A stretch of 64,000 nt of DNA. Origin: an uncultured Acidobacteriota bacterium. Lineage in GTDB: Bacteria > Acidobacteriota > Polarisedimenticolia > J045. A model generated the notes under the pieces. That model had not been told where the DNA came from, did not search any database, and saw nothing but the letters and a program-made list of their open reading frames with translations. A program made the translations under genes and the position numbers. Below are positions 21,535 through 32,701 of the stretch, in pieces (position 1 is the first letter of the stretch; each line of letters starts with the position of its first letter). The stretch covers positions 155,901 through 219,900 of the forward strand of contig CAVPCQ010000018.1 of assembly GCA_963702425.1 (NCBI GenBank). Reading direction: 5' to 3'.

Positions 21535-22226
21535 CGCCGGCCGGCGCCGAACGGTACCGCGCCCGGCCGCCGGAGCCGGGCCTCCGCGATCGTCTCCATC
21601 GTGTAGGCCTGGAGCATCCGCCGCCGATTGTCCACCGGCGTGCCGTCCGACCAACGGTCGAGCCCGCCGCCCGGGAGTACGACCATGCCGGCCAGAGCGG
21701 CGGCGGGGTCCGCCTGGATCTCCACGAACGAGAGGATGCGGCCGTCCGCTCGGAAGTAGCCCGCGTAGGTGACGTCGAAGTAGTGCCAGCCGCCGTCGTA
21801 CGAGACCAGGGCCGCGGAATGGGCCGAGGCGCCGAAGCGCGAGAAGTCCAGCCGAACCGCCTGCAGCCCGGCGCGGCGCGCCAGTTCGACGAACGCGCTG
21901 GCGCGCTGGCCGCACAGGCCGCGGATCGGCGGGACGGGGGCGTCCCGGGCGGCGGGCTCGTTCGTCGCGTTCTCGGCGACCCAGGCGGCGATCGCGATCG
22001 CCCGCTGCTCGTCGCTCAGCCCCGGGCCCAGGAGCGGCGCGACGACGGGCCACGCCCGCTCGGCCGCGGATCGGCGGGGCGCCGGGGGAGACGACCCGTT
22101 TCGCGGGGACGGGTCCGCCCCGTCCCGGCAGGCCCCGAACGCGGTCAGCGCGGCCAGCGCCGCGAGCAGGAGGGGCAAGGCGACCGCTCGGCGACGGCCG
22201 CGGCCCGGATCGAGCAGGGGACCCAT
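21531..22226 (-). CDS. Transglutaminase-like domain lipoprotein
   Basis: Lipobox FGAC; GLCGQ, HSAALV, WHYFDVT give a Cys-His-Asp triad. Confidence 0.6.
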   Translation of the reverse strand: MGPLLDPGRGRRRAVALPLLLAALAALTAFGACRDGADPSPRNGSSPPAPRRSAAERAWPVVAPLLGPGLSDEQRAIAIAAWVAENATNEPAARDAPVPPIRGLCGQRASAFVELARRAGLQAVRLDFSRFGASAHSAALVSYDGGWHYFDVTYAGYFRADGRILSFVEIQADPAAALAGMVVLPGGGLDRWSDGTPVDNRRRMLQAYTMETIAEARLRRPGAVPFGAGRR

Positions 22227-22360
22227 GCGAGGCCAAGTTACGCCCGCGCGGGGGATCCGCACCGGCAACTATCCTAAATTTCTTGCGGACCTTCGTAACG
22301 CCCCGTATACGGGAGTTACCCCTTTCCACCGACTCCCTCCGCGGAGATGAAGGACGCCCG

Positions 22361-25300
22361 ATGAAGCGATGGTTCGCGCCCGCTCTGAGCCTTTTCTGCG
22401 CCGCCGTACTGGCGGCCCCCCCGGTCTTCGCGCTGGTTCCCCGAAAGGAAGCGAACCGCTTCGACGGCAAGGCGATCGAGTCTCCCGGCCTCGTGCTCGC
22501 CGTGCGTGCGATGCCGCTCGCCGAGCTGCCCGCGTCCGATACGCTGCGCCAGGGCTGGGAGCAGTTCAGCGCGCGCTACGGTGGCTGGACGGTGACGATC
22601 GACCAGCGCTCCGGCCTGCCCACGCTCGCGCTCGGTGCCGGGATTCCCTGGCTCGACGGGACCGAGTCCGACCCGCTCGCCGCGCTCGAGGCCAGGGCCC
22701 GCGCCTTCCTGGCGGAGAACCGGATCGCGCTCGGCGACTGGTCCGAGCAGCTCGTGCTCGATCGGGCGGCCTCCGGCCGCGCCTCGGACGCGCTCTGGCT
22801 CGTGACTTTCCGGCAGGCCGTGAGCGGCGTGCCGGTGGAGAGCGCGCGCTTCGACTTCCAGGTCGTGCAGGGGAACCTCGTCGCCTTCGGGGTCGAGCGC
22901 TGGGGCACGGTCCGCACGCGGACCGAGCCGCGCATCGCGGCCGCCCAGGCGAGCGAGCAGCTCTTCGCCTACCTCGAGACTTCGCCGGACGCGGTCGTGA
23001 TGCACGACGAGCCGGAGCTCCGGCTGGTCGCGGCCGATCCGCGCGGCGCGCGGGCGGGCGAGTGGATCGGACGGCGCGGCGAGGGGGTGGGCCACCTCCT
23101 CGTCTGGCGCTTCCGCTTCCACGTTCCCGGCGAGGCGGCGCGCTGGCTGGCCGACGTCGACGCGCTGACCGGCACGGTCGTGTCGCTCGCGGACGAGACC
23201 CACTACGAGCGCGTCAAGGGCGGCGTCTTCCCGATCACCTCGGACGGGGTCGGGTTCGAAGGGACCGAGCAGGCCGACATCCCGATGCCGTTCGCCGACT
23301 ACTCGGTGAATGGCGGGCCGTCACAGACGGCCAGCTCGGGCGGGCTCTTCAACTGCGGCGCGCCGGGGACTTCGATCAGCACCCGCCTGGCCGGACCGTA
23401 CGTCGTGATCGACAACCTCTGCGGGCCGGTGAGCGAATCCGCCGTCTGCGGCGAGAACCTCGACCTCCTGAGCGGCCCGGCGACGACGAACTGCACCACC
23501 CCGCCCGGCGCCTCGGCCGGCAACACGCGCAGCGCACGCAGCGCGTTCTTCCAGGTGAACCGCAACGCCGAGCGGGCCCGCGCCTGGCTCCCGGACAACA
23601 CCTGGGTGCGCAATCCAGTCGTGGTCAACGTCAACGTCAACAGCACGTGCAACGCCAGCTGGGGCGGCGAGCTCAACATGTACCGTGCCGGCAACGGCTG
23701 CCGGAACACCGCCGAGCTGCACGGCGTGCTGGTCCACGAGTGGGGCCACGGGATGGATCAGAACGACGGCGGCGGTTACGACAACACGTCGGAGGCGTAC
23801 GCCGACGTCGTCGCCGCCTACGACGCGCGGATCTCGTGCATCGGCCGCGGCTTCGACGAGGCCAGCAACTGCAGCGGGTACGGCGACGCCTGCCTCGACT
23901 GCACGGGCGTGCGCGACATCGACTGGGCCAGACGCCAGGGCAACACCGCCGTCGACGCCCCAGGGCTTCCTGACCAACAACTGCGGCGGCGGCTGCGGTC
24001 CGTGCGGCAAGGAAGAGCCACTGCGAGAGCTACGTCTCGGCCGAGGCGATGTGGGACCTTGCGGTCCGCGACCTGCCGGCATCGGGGATGAGCGCTGGCG
24101 TCGGCGTGGCAGCTGGCGGACCGGCTCTGGTTCCAGTCGCGCAAGGGCTCGGGCGGCAACGCCTACAACTGCGCGCTGCCCACCTCCGACGGGTGCGGGA
24201 CGAACAGCTGGTTCCACAAGCTGCGCGTCGCGGACGACGACGACGGAAACCTGAACAACGGCACGCCCCACGCCGCGGCGATCTTCGCGGCTTTCAGGCG
24301 CCACAACATCGCCTGCGGCACGGCGGCCGACGCGTCGAACAAGAACACCAGCGCCTGCCCGTCGCTCGCCGAGCCGACGCTGTCGGTCTCGATCGCCGAG
24401 GGCGGGCTGCGGCTCGACTGGTCCGCGGTGCCCAGCGCGGCGAAGTACCGCGTACTGCGCAACGAGTTCGGCTGCGGCCGGGCCCAGATCCCGATCGCCG
24501 AGCTGCCTTCGTCGTCGACGAGCTTCGTCGACTCCGACGTGGCCGAGCTGGTCGACGTCTCCTATCGCGTCCAGGCGGTCGGCACCAACGGCGCGTGCGA
24601 GAGCCCGGTGTCGTCGTGTCAGACGACTTCGCTGCGGCCGTTGGCCGGTCGCGTCGAGTTCACGAAGGCCGCCTTCGGCTGCGGCCAGTCCGTGACCCTG
24701 CGCGTCGTTGACGGGAACGCCGGGGCGGGACCGCTGACGGTTCGCGTCTGGTCGGACAGCGAGCAGACGCCCGAGTCGATCGACCTGACCGAGACGACGC
24801 CCGGATCCGGCCGCTTCGAGGGAACGCTCCTCGCGGGCACCGGTGCGCCGGTTGCGGGAGACGGCAGGCTCGCCTTCGCCGGCGGTGATCAGCTCACCGC
24901 GGAGTACGCCGATGCGAACGACGGCACCGGCGCGGTGCGCACCGTGGTCGGCACGTCGCTTGCGGACTGCGGCGTGGCCGCGCCGACGGGGGTCCAGGTG
25001 ACCGACATCACGGACTCCTCGGCGACGATCCGCTGGAACACCGCCGAGGGGACGACGGGGCGCGTCGAGTGGGGCTCGACGGCCGCGCTCGGGAAGGCCA
25101 CGGAGGACCCGAACCTGGCGACGGCGCACGCGGTCCCGCTGGTCGGCCTCGCGGAGTGCGGGCGGGTCTTCTTCCGGGTCGTCGCGATCGACCGCGCCGG
25201 CAACCAGACGGTGCTCAACGGCGCGGGCGGCCAGCCGTTCGCGTTCAACGTCGGGCGGATCCCGGGCTTCTTCCGAGACGATTACGAGGGGACGAACGGC

Positions 25301-26407
25301 TGGACGCTCGAGGGCGAGTGGCAGGTGGGCGGCCCGCAGGGGAAGGGGACGAACAACCCGGACCCGACCGTCGCCTTCAGCGGCGCCAGGGTGCTGGGCC
25401 ACGACCTGACCGGTCTCGGCCTGCGCCCCGGCGACTACGAGAAGAGCATGACGCAGCGCGCGATCAGCCCGGTGTTCAGTACCGCCGGGAAGACCGGGAC
25501 GCAGATCAACTTCCGCCGCTGGCTCAACGTCGCGAGCTACGCGACGGCCGCGGTCGACGTCCGGATCGGCGGCGGCGCGTGGCAGGAGGTCTGGAAGTAC
25601 AACAACGCCTTCTTCGGCCTACGCGAATCGGCGTGGAGTCAGCAGATCATCGACATCGCCTCGATCGCGGACGGAAAGAACAACGTCCAGATCGCGTTCC
25701 GGATGCAGGCGACTTCGCAGAACAGCAGCGCGTCCAGCTGGAACGTCGACCGCCTCGTCGTGCGCGAGGCGGCGGCGCCTCAGGGCGAGGCCTGCGGGGC
25801 GTGCGGCGGGGCGCCGAGCTTCGCCGGCCTGGCCTCGGCGGTCGATTCCGATCCCTGCACGACCGGCGGCAGCCTCGACCTGGCCTGGGATCCGGCGCCG
25901 GCGTGGGGTACCGGCAGCGGCGGAACCTACGCCGTCTACCGGGACACCGTGCCGAGCTTCGTCCCCAGCCCCGCCAACCGGATCGCGACGGGCCTCGCGG
26001 CGACCGCCTACAGCGACACCACGGTCGTGGCCGGGACCACCTACTACTACCTCGTGCGCGCCGAGAACGACGAGACGTGCGGCAGCGGTCCGAGCAACGG
26101 CGGGGTCGTCGAGGGGAACACCGTCTACCGTGCCGCCACGCTCACCTCGTCGCAATCGGTCCCGGTCGCGGTCGCGGCACTGCGCCTGCAGCCGCCCCTC
26201 GGAGCCGATCTTCGCGCGAGCTGGGACCCCGTCGCCGGCGCTTCGTCCTACCGGGTCTACCGTTCCGGTCTGCCGCAGGAGCCGAACTTCACCGAGGCCC
26301 GCAGCAGCTCGGCCTCGGCCCTCACGCTGGCCGGCGACGCCGCCGACGGCGCGACCTGGTTCTACAAGGTCCGGGCGGTGAACGCCTGCGGTCAGGAAGG
26401 TCCATAA
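22361..26407 (+). CDS. Large secreted zinc metallopeptidase (M4/M36-like propeptide/PepSY, HEXXH) with FN3-like domains; frameshifts at about 23955-24100
   Basis: Signal peptide; FRQAVSGVPV propeptide, ADVDALTG, HEWGH...SEAYAD; YYYLVRAEN FN3-like repeats. Confidence 0.75.
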
Positions 26408-26422
26408 TCACTGCTGTCTGAT

Positions 26423-26458
26423 GGGGGGCCGGCCGATCCGGCCGGCCCCCCGTTTTTT
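26423..26458 (+). terminator. Intrinsic terminator
   Basis: GGGGGGCCGGCCG-atc-CGGCCGGCCCCCC followed by GTTTTTT. Confidence 0.8.
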
Positions 26459-26471
26459 GTCGAAGGAGGGG

Positions 26472-26678
26472 ATGATGTCCGATCCGAACGCCCCCCTGCC
26501 CCCCGAGGGCTGGGACGCCACACAGTGGTACGAGGTCCAGCGCGGCGATTCGCTCTGGAAAATCGCACAGCATTTCTACGGCGACGGCAGCCTCTACATG
26601 AAGATCTTCGAGGCCAATGGCGACGTGCTGAAGAATCCCGACCTGATCCATCCCGGCCAGAAGCTGCGGATCCCGTGA
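26472..26678 (+). CDS. Small LysM-domain protein (Kbp-like C-domain)
   Basis: YEVQRGDSLWKIAQHFYG...IFEAN...NPDLIHPGQKLRIP; GGAGG RBS. Confidence 0.85.
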   Translation: MMSDPNAPLPPEGWDATQWYEVQRGDSLWKIAQHFYGDGSLYMKIFEANGDVLKNPDLIHPGQKLRIP

Positions 26679-26701
26679 GGAGAGCGACCGTGACACCGAA
26701 C

Positions 26702-27298
26702 ATGACGCGCAAGACTGCCTGGATTTCCGCGCTGGCCGTGGCACTGATCCTGTTCGCGGCCTGCAAGGATCTCAAGACGCCCGCCCAGCAGGCGCTCGAT
26801 TCCGTCACCGCGGCCGTGAACGCCGTGACCGAGTCGGCCACCATCTATGCCCCGCAGGACCTCACCGGGGCCGAGAACGCCCTGACGAGCCTGCAGCAGT
26901 CGTTCGGCCTCAAGGAATATCAGAAGGTCATCGACCAGTGCCCGCAGGTGCTTGGCCAGGTCGACGCGCTGAAGCGCACGATCGAGGCGCGCAAGTCCGA
27001 GCTGGGGACCGCCTGGAGCGCGCTCACCTCCGGCCTTCCCGGTGTCGTCGGCGCGATCCAGAGCCGGGTCGACATCCTCTCGCAGGCGAAGAAGCTCCCC
27101 GCGGGGATGACCCCCGACATGCTCGCGAGCGCGCAGCAGGGCCTCGCCGACATGACGGCGGCCTGGGGCGCGGCGACCGCGGCTGCGAATTCCGGCAACC
27201 TCGTCGACGCGGTTGCCCAGGGCGATCAGGTCAAGATGATGGCCGGCAAGGTGATGTCTGCGCTCGGGATGGCCGTGCCGCCCGCGCTGGCGAACTGA
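26702..27298 (+). CDS. Helical lipoprotein, hypothetical
   Basis: Lipobox FAAC; Ala-rich helices; host-like codon usage. Confidence 0.65.
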   Translation: MTRKTAWISALAVALILFAACKDLKTPAQQALDSVTAAVNAVTESATIYAPQDLTGAENALTSLQQSFGLKEYQKVIDQCPQVLGQVDALKRTIEARKSELGTAWSALTSGLPGVVGAIQSRVDILSQAKKLPAGMTPDMLASAQQGLADMTAAWGAATAAANSGNLVDAVAQGDQVKMMAGKVMSALGMAVPPALAN

Positions 27299-27322
27299 GC
27301 CTGCGAGCAGGATACCGACGGC

Positions 27323-27350
27323 GGGGCGCCCACGGGCGCCCCGTTTCTTT
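27323..27350 (+). terminator. Intrinsic terminator
   Basis: GGGGCGCCC-ac-GGGCGCCCC-GTTTCTTT. Confidence 0.65.
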
Positions 27351-27433
27351 CGGCCCTCCCGGTCGGGATCGGAGCGACCAGGGCACGCAGACGGGCCGCC
27401 GGCGGACTTTGGCGGGCGGGAAAAGGCAGGGGA

Positions 27434-30400
27434 ATGGATGAAACAGACTCCGGTGATCGCGGGGCATCTCGTCTCGCGCTGGTGTTCGCATTCGCTTTCG
27501 CGAGGCTCCGTGTGGCAGGCGATCCGAGGCGGGAGGAGCCCGCTCCGCGGAGAGCTCCAGCCGAGGGACCGCGGCGGGTAGGCCGCAGTACCGTCCCGGG
27601 AGAACTGCCGCTCGTCGTGCGCGAGGGCCTCGGGGACTTCGTGCCGGACGCGCCGGCCCCGACGCCGCGCCATTCGCCGATCTGCCCGCGGACGAGATCG
27701 ACATCCAGGCCGCGATGCCGCGGGCGCCGGCCTTCGATCTCGGCGCCGGTGGCGTTCGGCCGCAGCGACGGCCAGGTGTGCGTGCTGGAGCGGGACGACC
27801 TCTCGCTCTACTCGATCCGCTCGACGGATGGCGGCAAGAACTTCGCCGCCCCGTTGCTCGTCGCGGGCGGCGCCGGGCAGCCGACGTGCTCGCCTTCGCT
27901 GGCGCGATGTCATCGGGGGCGAAGCTCTACGTGGCCTACATCGTGGCCGACCCGGCGGGCGGGCTGGGCCTGCGCTTCACGCTCAGCACTGACATGGGGC
28001 TGACCTGGACGGCGCCGGTGACGCTCGTCGCCGCGGGCGAAGCGAGCTTCGGGGTCTTCGACGTCGCGATCACCGCGGGCCCGGCGGATCGCGTCGCGGT
28101 GGCCTATGTCGGCGGCGCGGGAACCGATCCGTGGGTTCGTGGGAGCACCAACGCGGGCGTCTCGTGGAGCGCGGCCGTGCGCGTCGACGCGGGCGTCGCT
28201 GCCGGCACCTATCCTGTGCGCGATCCGGACATCGACATCGACGGCACCGGGAACGTCTTCGTCGCCTACCTGCAGAACCGCGACGGAGCGACGAAGGTCT
28301 GGACGGCGCGCTCGCTCAACGCGGGGACCTCCTTCCAGCCGGAGGTCACGCTCGGTTCCGGATCGGGGGCGGGCGCGGAAGCGCCCGACGTCGAGGTGAC
28401 CAACGACGGCAAGATCCTGATCGCGTTCTGGGACGGCGAACTGAGCGACTACGTCAAGGTCTACCGCTCGACCAACCAGGGTGCGGCGTACACGCTGGCG
28501 CTCAACCAGGACCTCGCGGCGGGAAGCGACAGGCCGACGTTCGGGCCGTTCCTATACAACTCGGCCGGCCCGCCGGTCGTGCTGGTCGCGTTCGTCGACA
28601 CCACCGGCGCGGTCGAGCTCCTCCGCTCGGCCGACGACGGCGCGACGTGGGGCGCGTCCCAGACGCTCGCGACGACCGCGGTGCCGGCGGGTTCGTGGAG
28701 CGGGATCCCCAGCCTTGGCGCGGCGCGCACGAGCGGGGGGAACTGGGTGATCGCCTGGAGCGACGCACGCGGCGACACCTACGCCGACCAGAAGAGCGAC
28801 ATCTGGCTGCGGCGCTCGGGGACCGGCGGAGCGAGTTGGGACGCGGAAAAGCGGGTCGACGTCGGCAGCCCCGAAGGGGCCGCCCAGAGCGGGCCGCTCT
28901 CGATCACCGACGCGCTGTCAAACGACGTCTGCCTGGTCTACGGCGACTCCCGCGACGATCAGCGCTCGCCCAACCTGTGGTCGAACCGCACGCTCAGTTC
29001 CTCGATCAACTTCGCCGCCGACAAACGGATCGACACGGACACGGTCACCGTCGACCCGGATGCGTTCGATGACGTCGCGACCGCGACGGATGGCGCCGGC
29101 CGCGTCTACGTTGCCTTCTCGACCGTCGGCACCGGCCCGTCGAGCGACATCTACGTCGCCGTCAGCGACGACGGCGGATTCACCTTCGAACCGCCGGTGC
29201 GCGTGGGCGGCTCCCCCGCGGGGCAGCGGATCGCGGCCGCGCCGGTGATCGGCGCCAGCTCCGACGGCCGGGTCTACCTGGCTTATACGCTCGACAGCGA
29301 GACGCGGCGTGAGCTGCGCTTCAACCGCTCGACGGACTTCGGCAGCACCTGGCAGGCGAGCGACCGGATCCTCGGCTCGTTCGCGACGCCGCCTGGCAAC
29401 TACGGCATCGTCGGGATCCCCGGGGCGCAGATCGTCGCGCAGGCCGGCGGCACGATGTACCTGGCATGGGCGACCGGCAACACTGTCTTCCTGACCCGCT
29501 CGTTCGATGGCGGCGTCACGCTCGACACGAAGGACGTCGACCAGGACACGCGCGGCTACAACCACTACCCGGCGCTCTGTGCGAACGGCAACAGGCTGGT
29601 CCTCGCGATGGTCGCGCCGGACAATACGGTCCCCGCCCTTTTACAGCGTCTGGGCGACGACGAGCGACAACCGCGGCGACACCTGGTCCCTGCGCGTCCA
29701 GCTCCGACCCGAGGGGATCGGCCAGGGCGGCTACGACCCGTCAGTGGCCTGCGACGGCGCGGGCGGTGCGGTTGCGGTCTGGTCCGACGCCCGCTCCGGC
29801 CGGTACGCGATCCGCAGCAGCCGCTTCACCGGGACCGGCTGGCTCGCCGACACCGCCGTGCCCGGACCCACCAACGTCAGCAACCTCTACCCGCAGGTCG
29901 CCTACTCCAACGCGACGACGGCGCTGGTCACCTGGGAGGCGTCCTCGGGGAACGCGGTCTACCTGAGCCGTTCGACCAACAGCGGCTCGACCTTCGGTGC
30001 GCAGACACGGCTCGACGCCTCCCCGGCGCGGCCGGACGTCGAGCCGGCCCTGTCGAACGTCGTGACCGATCGCGCCGGAAACGTCTGGGTCAGCTGGATC
30101 GACGAGAGCGCCGGACGCGGTTCGATCCTGGTCCGGGCATCGGCGGACCACGGCGCGAGCTTCGGCACCGCCCGGCGGATCGATCGGAAGGCGCCGCAGG
30201 GCGCGTACGTCAATCGCACGTTATCAGCTGTCGCGAAGCGCCGCGGTGGCGGGAACGGCGTTCGTCGCGTGGGCCGGCGAGCGCTTCGCCGGCGGCGTCA
30301 ACACCGTGCTCTTCAACGCCTGGGACGCCGACGACCTGGACCGCGACAGGACGGCGCTCGGTGTCGACTGCAACGACCTCGATGCGTCGGTCACGAGGGC

Positions 30401-30740
30401 CCCGGTCGAGGTGGCGGGCGTGCGCGTCGGCCGCTCCGGCGCGCGCGCGCAGCTCTCGTGGACTTCGCAGGATCCCACGGCGGGAAGGGGCACGGTCTAC
30501 GACGTGGTCACCGGCGACGTCGCGGCGCTGCGCAGCAGCAAGAGCTACTCGGGCGCGACCTGCCTTGCCGGCAACCGGGCCGACTCGCCCTACGAGGACA
30601 CGCGGACCGGCCCGAGCGTCGGCGCGTCGTATTACTACCTGGTGAGGGCGAAGAACAGCTGCGGCGCCGCGACCTACGGGAACGCCCGAACGACCCCCGA
30701 TCCGCGCGATGCGCTCGATTCGTCGAGCCCCTGTCCCTAG
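27434..30740 (+). CDS. Secreted BNR/Asp-box (sialidase-like) propeller protein with conserved C-terminal domain; several frameshifts
   Basis: Many SxDxGxTW repeats (STDMGLTW, SADDGATW, STDFGSTW); colinear with 51723-54980; ends RDALDSSSPCP; start approximate. Confidence 0.7.
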
Positions 30741-30760
30741 CGAAAGCCACGAATAGCCCG

Positions 30761-30799
30761 GCCCGGGTGGCTTATCAGTACGCCACCCGGGCTTCTCTG
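30761..30799 (+). terminator. Intrinsic terminator-like hairpin
   Basis: GCCCGGGTGGC-N10-GCCACCCGGGC-TTCTCTG. Confidence 0.55.
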
Positions 30800-30945
30800 T
30801 CAGGTGAAAACGACGAAATAACACGCCCTGATTCGCCCCGTCCGGCGCGTAAGTCGTCCTAGAATCCGCGCTTCCGGTTGCGCCGTCGAGAAGCGGCGGC
30901 GAGCGCGACCCTTCGGGCGGACTGCGCCCAAACGAGGGGAATGTC

Positions 30946-32136
30946 ATGGACAACCTGATTTCGATGATCGCGAGCCAGATCGGCGGCTCGAACATGAACA
31001 GCATCGCGTCCCTGCTCGGGGTCGCTGGAGACAAGGCGCCATCCGCGCTGCAGAGCGGCATCGCCACGGTGCTCGCGGGCCTGGCGAGCAACGCCTCGAA
31101 GCCCGGCGGCGCCGCCGCGCTGCTGAAGACTATCACCGACGGCGGCTACGACGCGGGGATCTTCGGCCAGCTCGGGGGCATCCTCGGTTCGCCGGACTCC
31201 ACCCAGAAGATGCTCGGCCAGAGCGGCAACCTGCTCTCCGGTCTTTTCGGCAACAACCTCGGCGGCGTGACCGACATGCTCGGCTCGTTCCTCGGGTTGA
31301 AGAGCGGCGCCGGCAAGAGCCTGCTCGGCCTCGCGGCCCCGCTCGTGCTGGGCCAGCTCGGCAGCCTCGTGAAGTCGCGCGATCTGAGCGCGACGGGCCT
31401 GCTCGACCTGATCATGGGGCAGAAGGGGTTCCTGAGCGGGCTGCTCCCGACCGGGCTTGGCTCGCTGCTCGGCTTCACCGGCTTCGATGCCGCCCCGCGC
31501 GCCGCGGCGACGACCCACCGCGAGCCGGAGAAATCGGGCCTGATGAAGTGGCAGCCGTGGCTGGGACTGCTCCTGCTGGCGCTGCTGCTCTACAACTTCT
31601 GCATCCGTGCGCGGACGGCGGAGACGGTGCGCGAGGTTTCGCAGGTCGTTCAGGAGCAGTCGCAGCAGGCGGCCGCCGCCGCGGTGAACCTGGCCAAGGT
31701 GGTGCTGCAGGGCGGCGAGACGATCGACGTCGTCACCGGCTCGTTCAACGACGCGTTCGCCAGCTTCCTCGCCAGCAATCCGACCGACCTGACCCGGCGC
31801 TTCGCTTTCGACGTGATCGAGTTCGAGACCGGGTCCGCGAACCTGACGCGCCGCTCGCGCGAGGAAGTCGGGCGGCTCGCCAGGATCCTCGGTGCCTATC
31901 CCAACGTGCGGGTCAAGCTGATCGGGCACACCGACGCTACGGGCAATGACGCCGACAACCTGAGGCTGTCGGTCGAGCGTGCGGAGTCGGCGCGGAACGC
32001 GCTCGGCGCTTCCGGCATCGCTGCGAACCGGATCGAGGTCGAGGGGCGGGGCGCGACGGAGCCGACGGCTTCCAATGACACGGAATCCGGCCGCGCGCAG
32101 AACCGTCGCGTCGAGCTCGTGGTCCTGTCGCTGTAA
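30946..32136 (+). CDS. DUF937 + OmpA-like peptidoglycan-binding protein
   Basis: Gly/Leu-rich N-domain, TM helix, FETGSA, GHTDATG, LSVERA, NRRVE. Confidence 0.85.
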   Translation: MDNLISMIASQIGGSNMNSIASLLGVAGDKAPSALQSGIATVLAGLASNASKPGGAAALLKTITDGGYDAGIFGQLGGILGSPDSTQKMLGQSGNLLSGLFGNNLGGVTDMLGSFLGLKSGAGKSLLGLAAPLVLGQLGSLVKSRDLSATGLLDLIMGQKGFLSGLLPTGLGSLLGFTGFDAAPRAAATTHREPEKSGLMKWQPWLGLLLLALLLYNFCIRARTAETVREVSQVVQEQSQQAAAAAVNLAKVVLQGGETIDVVTGSFNDAFASFLASNPTDLTRRFAFDVIEFETGSANLTRRSREEVGRLARILGAYPNVRVKLIGHTDATGNDADNLRLSVERAESARNALGASGIAANRIEVEGRGATEPTASNDTESGRAQNRRVELVVLSL

Positions 32137-32166
32137 CCCGGCCTGACGCAAACAGGGAGACGACCG

Positions 32167-32646
32167 ATGAAGAAGACCGATTTCACCCCCGAGGAATGGA
32201 CCGTCCTCTACTCCGCACCTTCGCTGGCCGGCATGGTCGTCTCGGCTTCCAGCCCGAGCGGCCCGATCGGCCTGATGAAGGAGATGTTCTCGGTCGGCAT
32301 GGCGGTGGCCGAGTCGGCCAAGCAGAAGCCGTCCAACCCGCTGATCCAGACGCTGATCGAGGACATGAAGCAGGGCGGCACGGAAGCCGGCCCCGACAGG
32401 AAGGGATGGGCAAATGGAGCGGGCCAGGGCCACGGCCTGGGCCAGCTCCAGAAGGCGGCCGACATGCTGGCGCAGAAGAACGCCGGGCCGGTCGGCGACG
32501 AGTTCAAGGCGTGGCTCGTCGACACCGCCCGCCGCGTGGCCGCGGCGTCGAACGAAGGCGGTTTCCTCGGGTTCGGCGGCGTGCGCGTCACGCCGCAGGA
32601 AGAGGAAGCGATCAAGCAGATCGCGTCGACGCTGCGCGTCGGCTGA
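32167..32646 (+). CDS. Hypothetical protein
   Basis: FTPEEW...EFKAWL...VAAASNEGGFLGFGG; RBS GGGAG. Confidence 0.65.
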   Translation: MKKTDFTPEEWTVLYSAPSLAGMVVSASSPSGPIGLMKEMFSVGMAVAESAKQKPSNPLIQTLIEDMKQGGTEAGPDRKGWANGAGQGHGLGQLQKAADMLAQKNAGPVGDEFKAWLVDTARRVAAASNEGGFLGFGGVRVTPQEEEAIKQIASTLRVG

Positions 32647-32660
32647 GTCCTGGCCGGGTC

Positions 32661-32686
32661 GGGGGGCTGCCGCTCGGCAGCCCCCC
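32661..32686. terminator. Hairpin between convergent genes
   Basis: GGGGGGCTGCC-gctc-GGCAGCCCCCC. Confidence 0.5.
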
Positions 32687-32701
32687 GGGGCCGGTTCCGC
32701 G

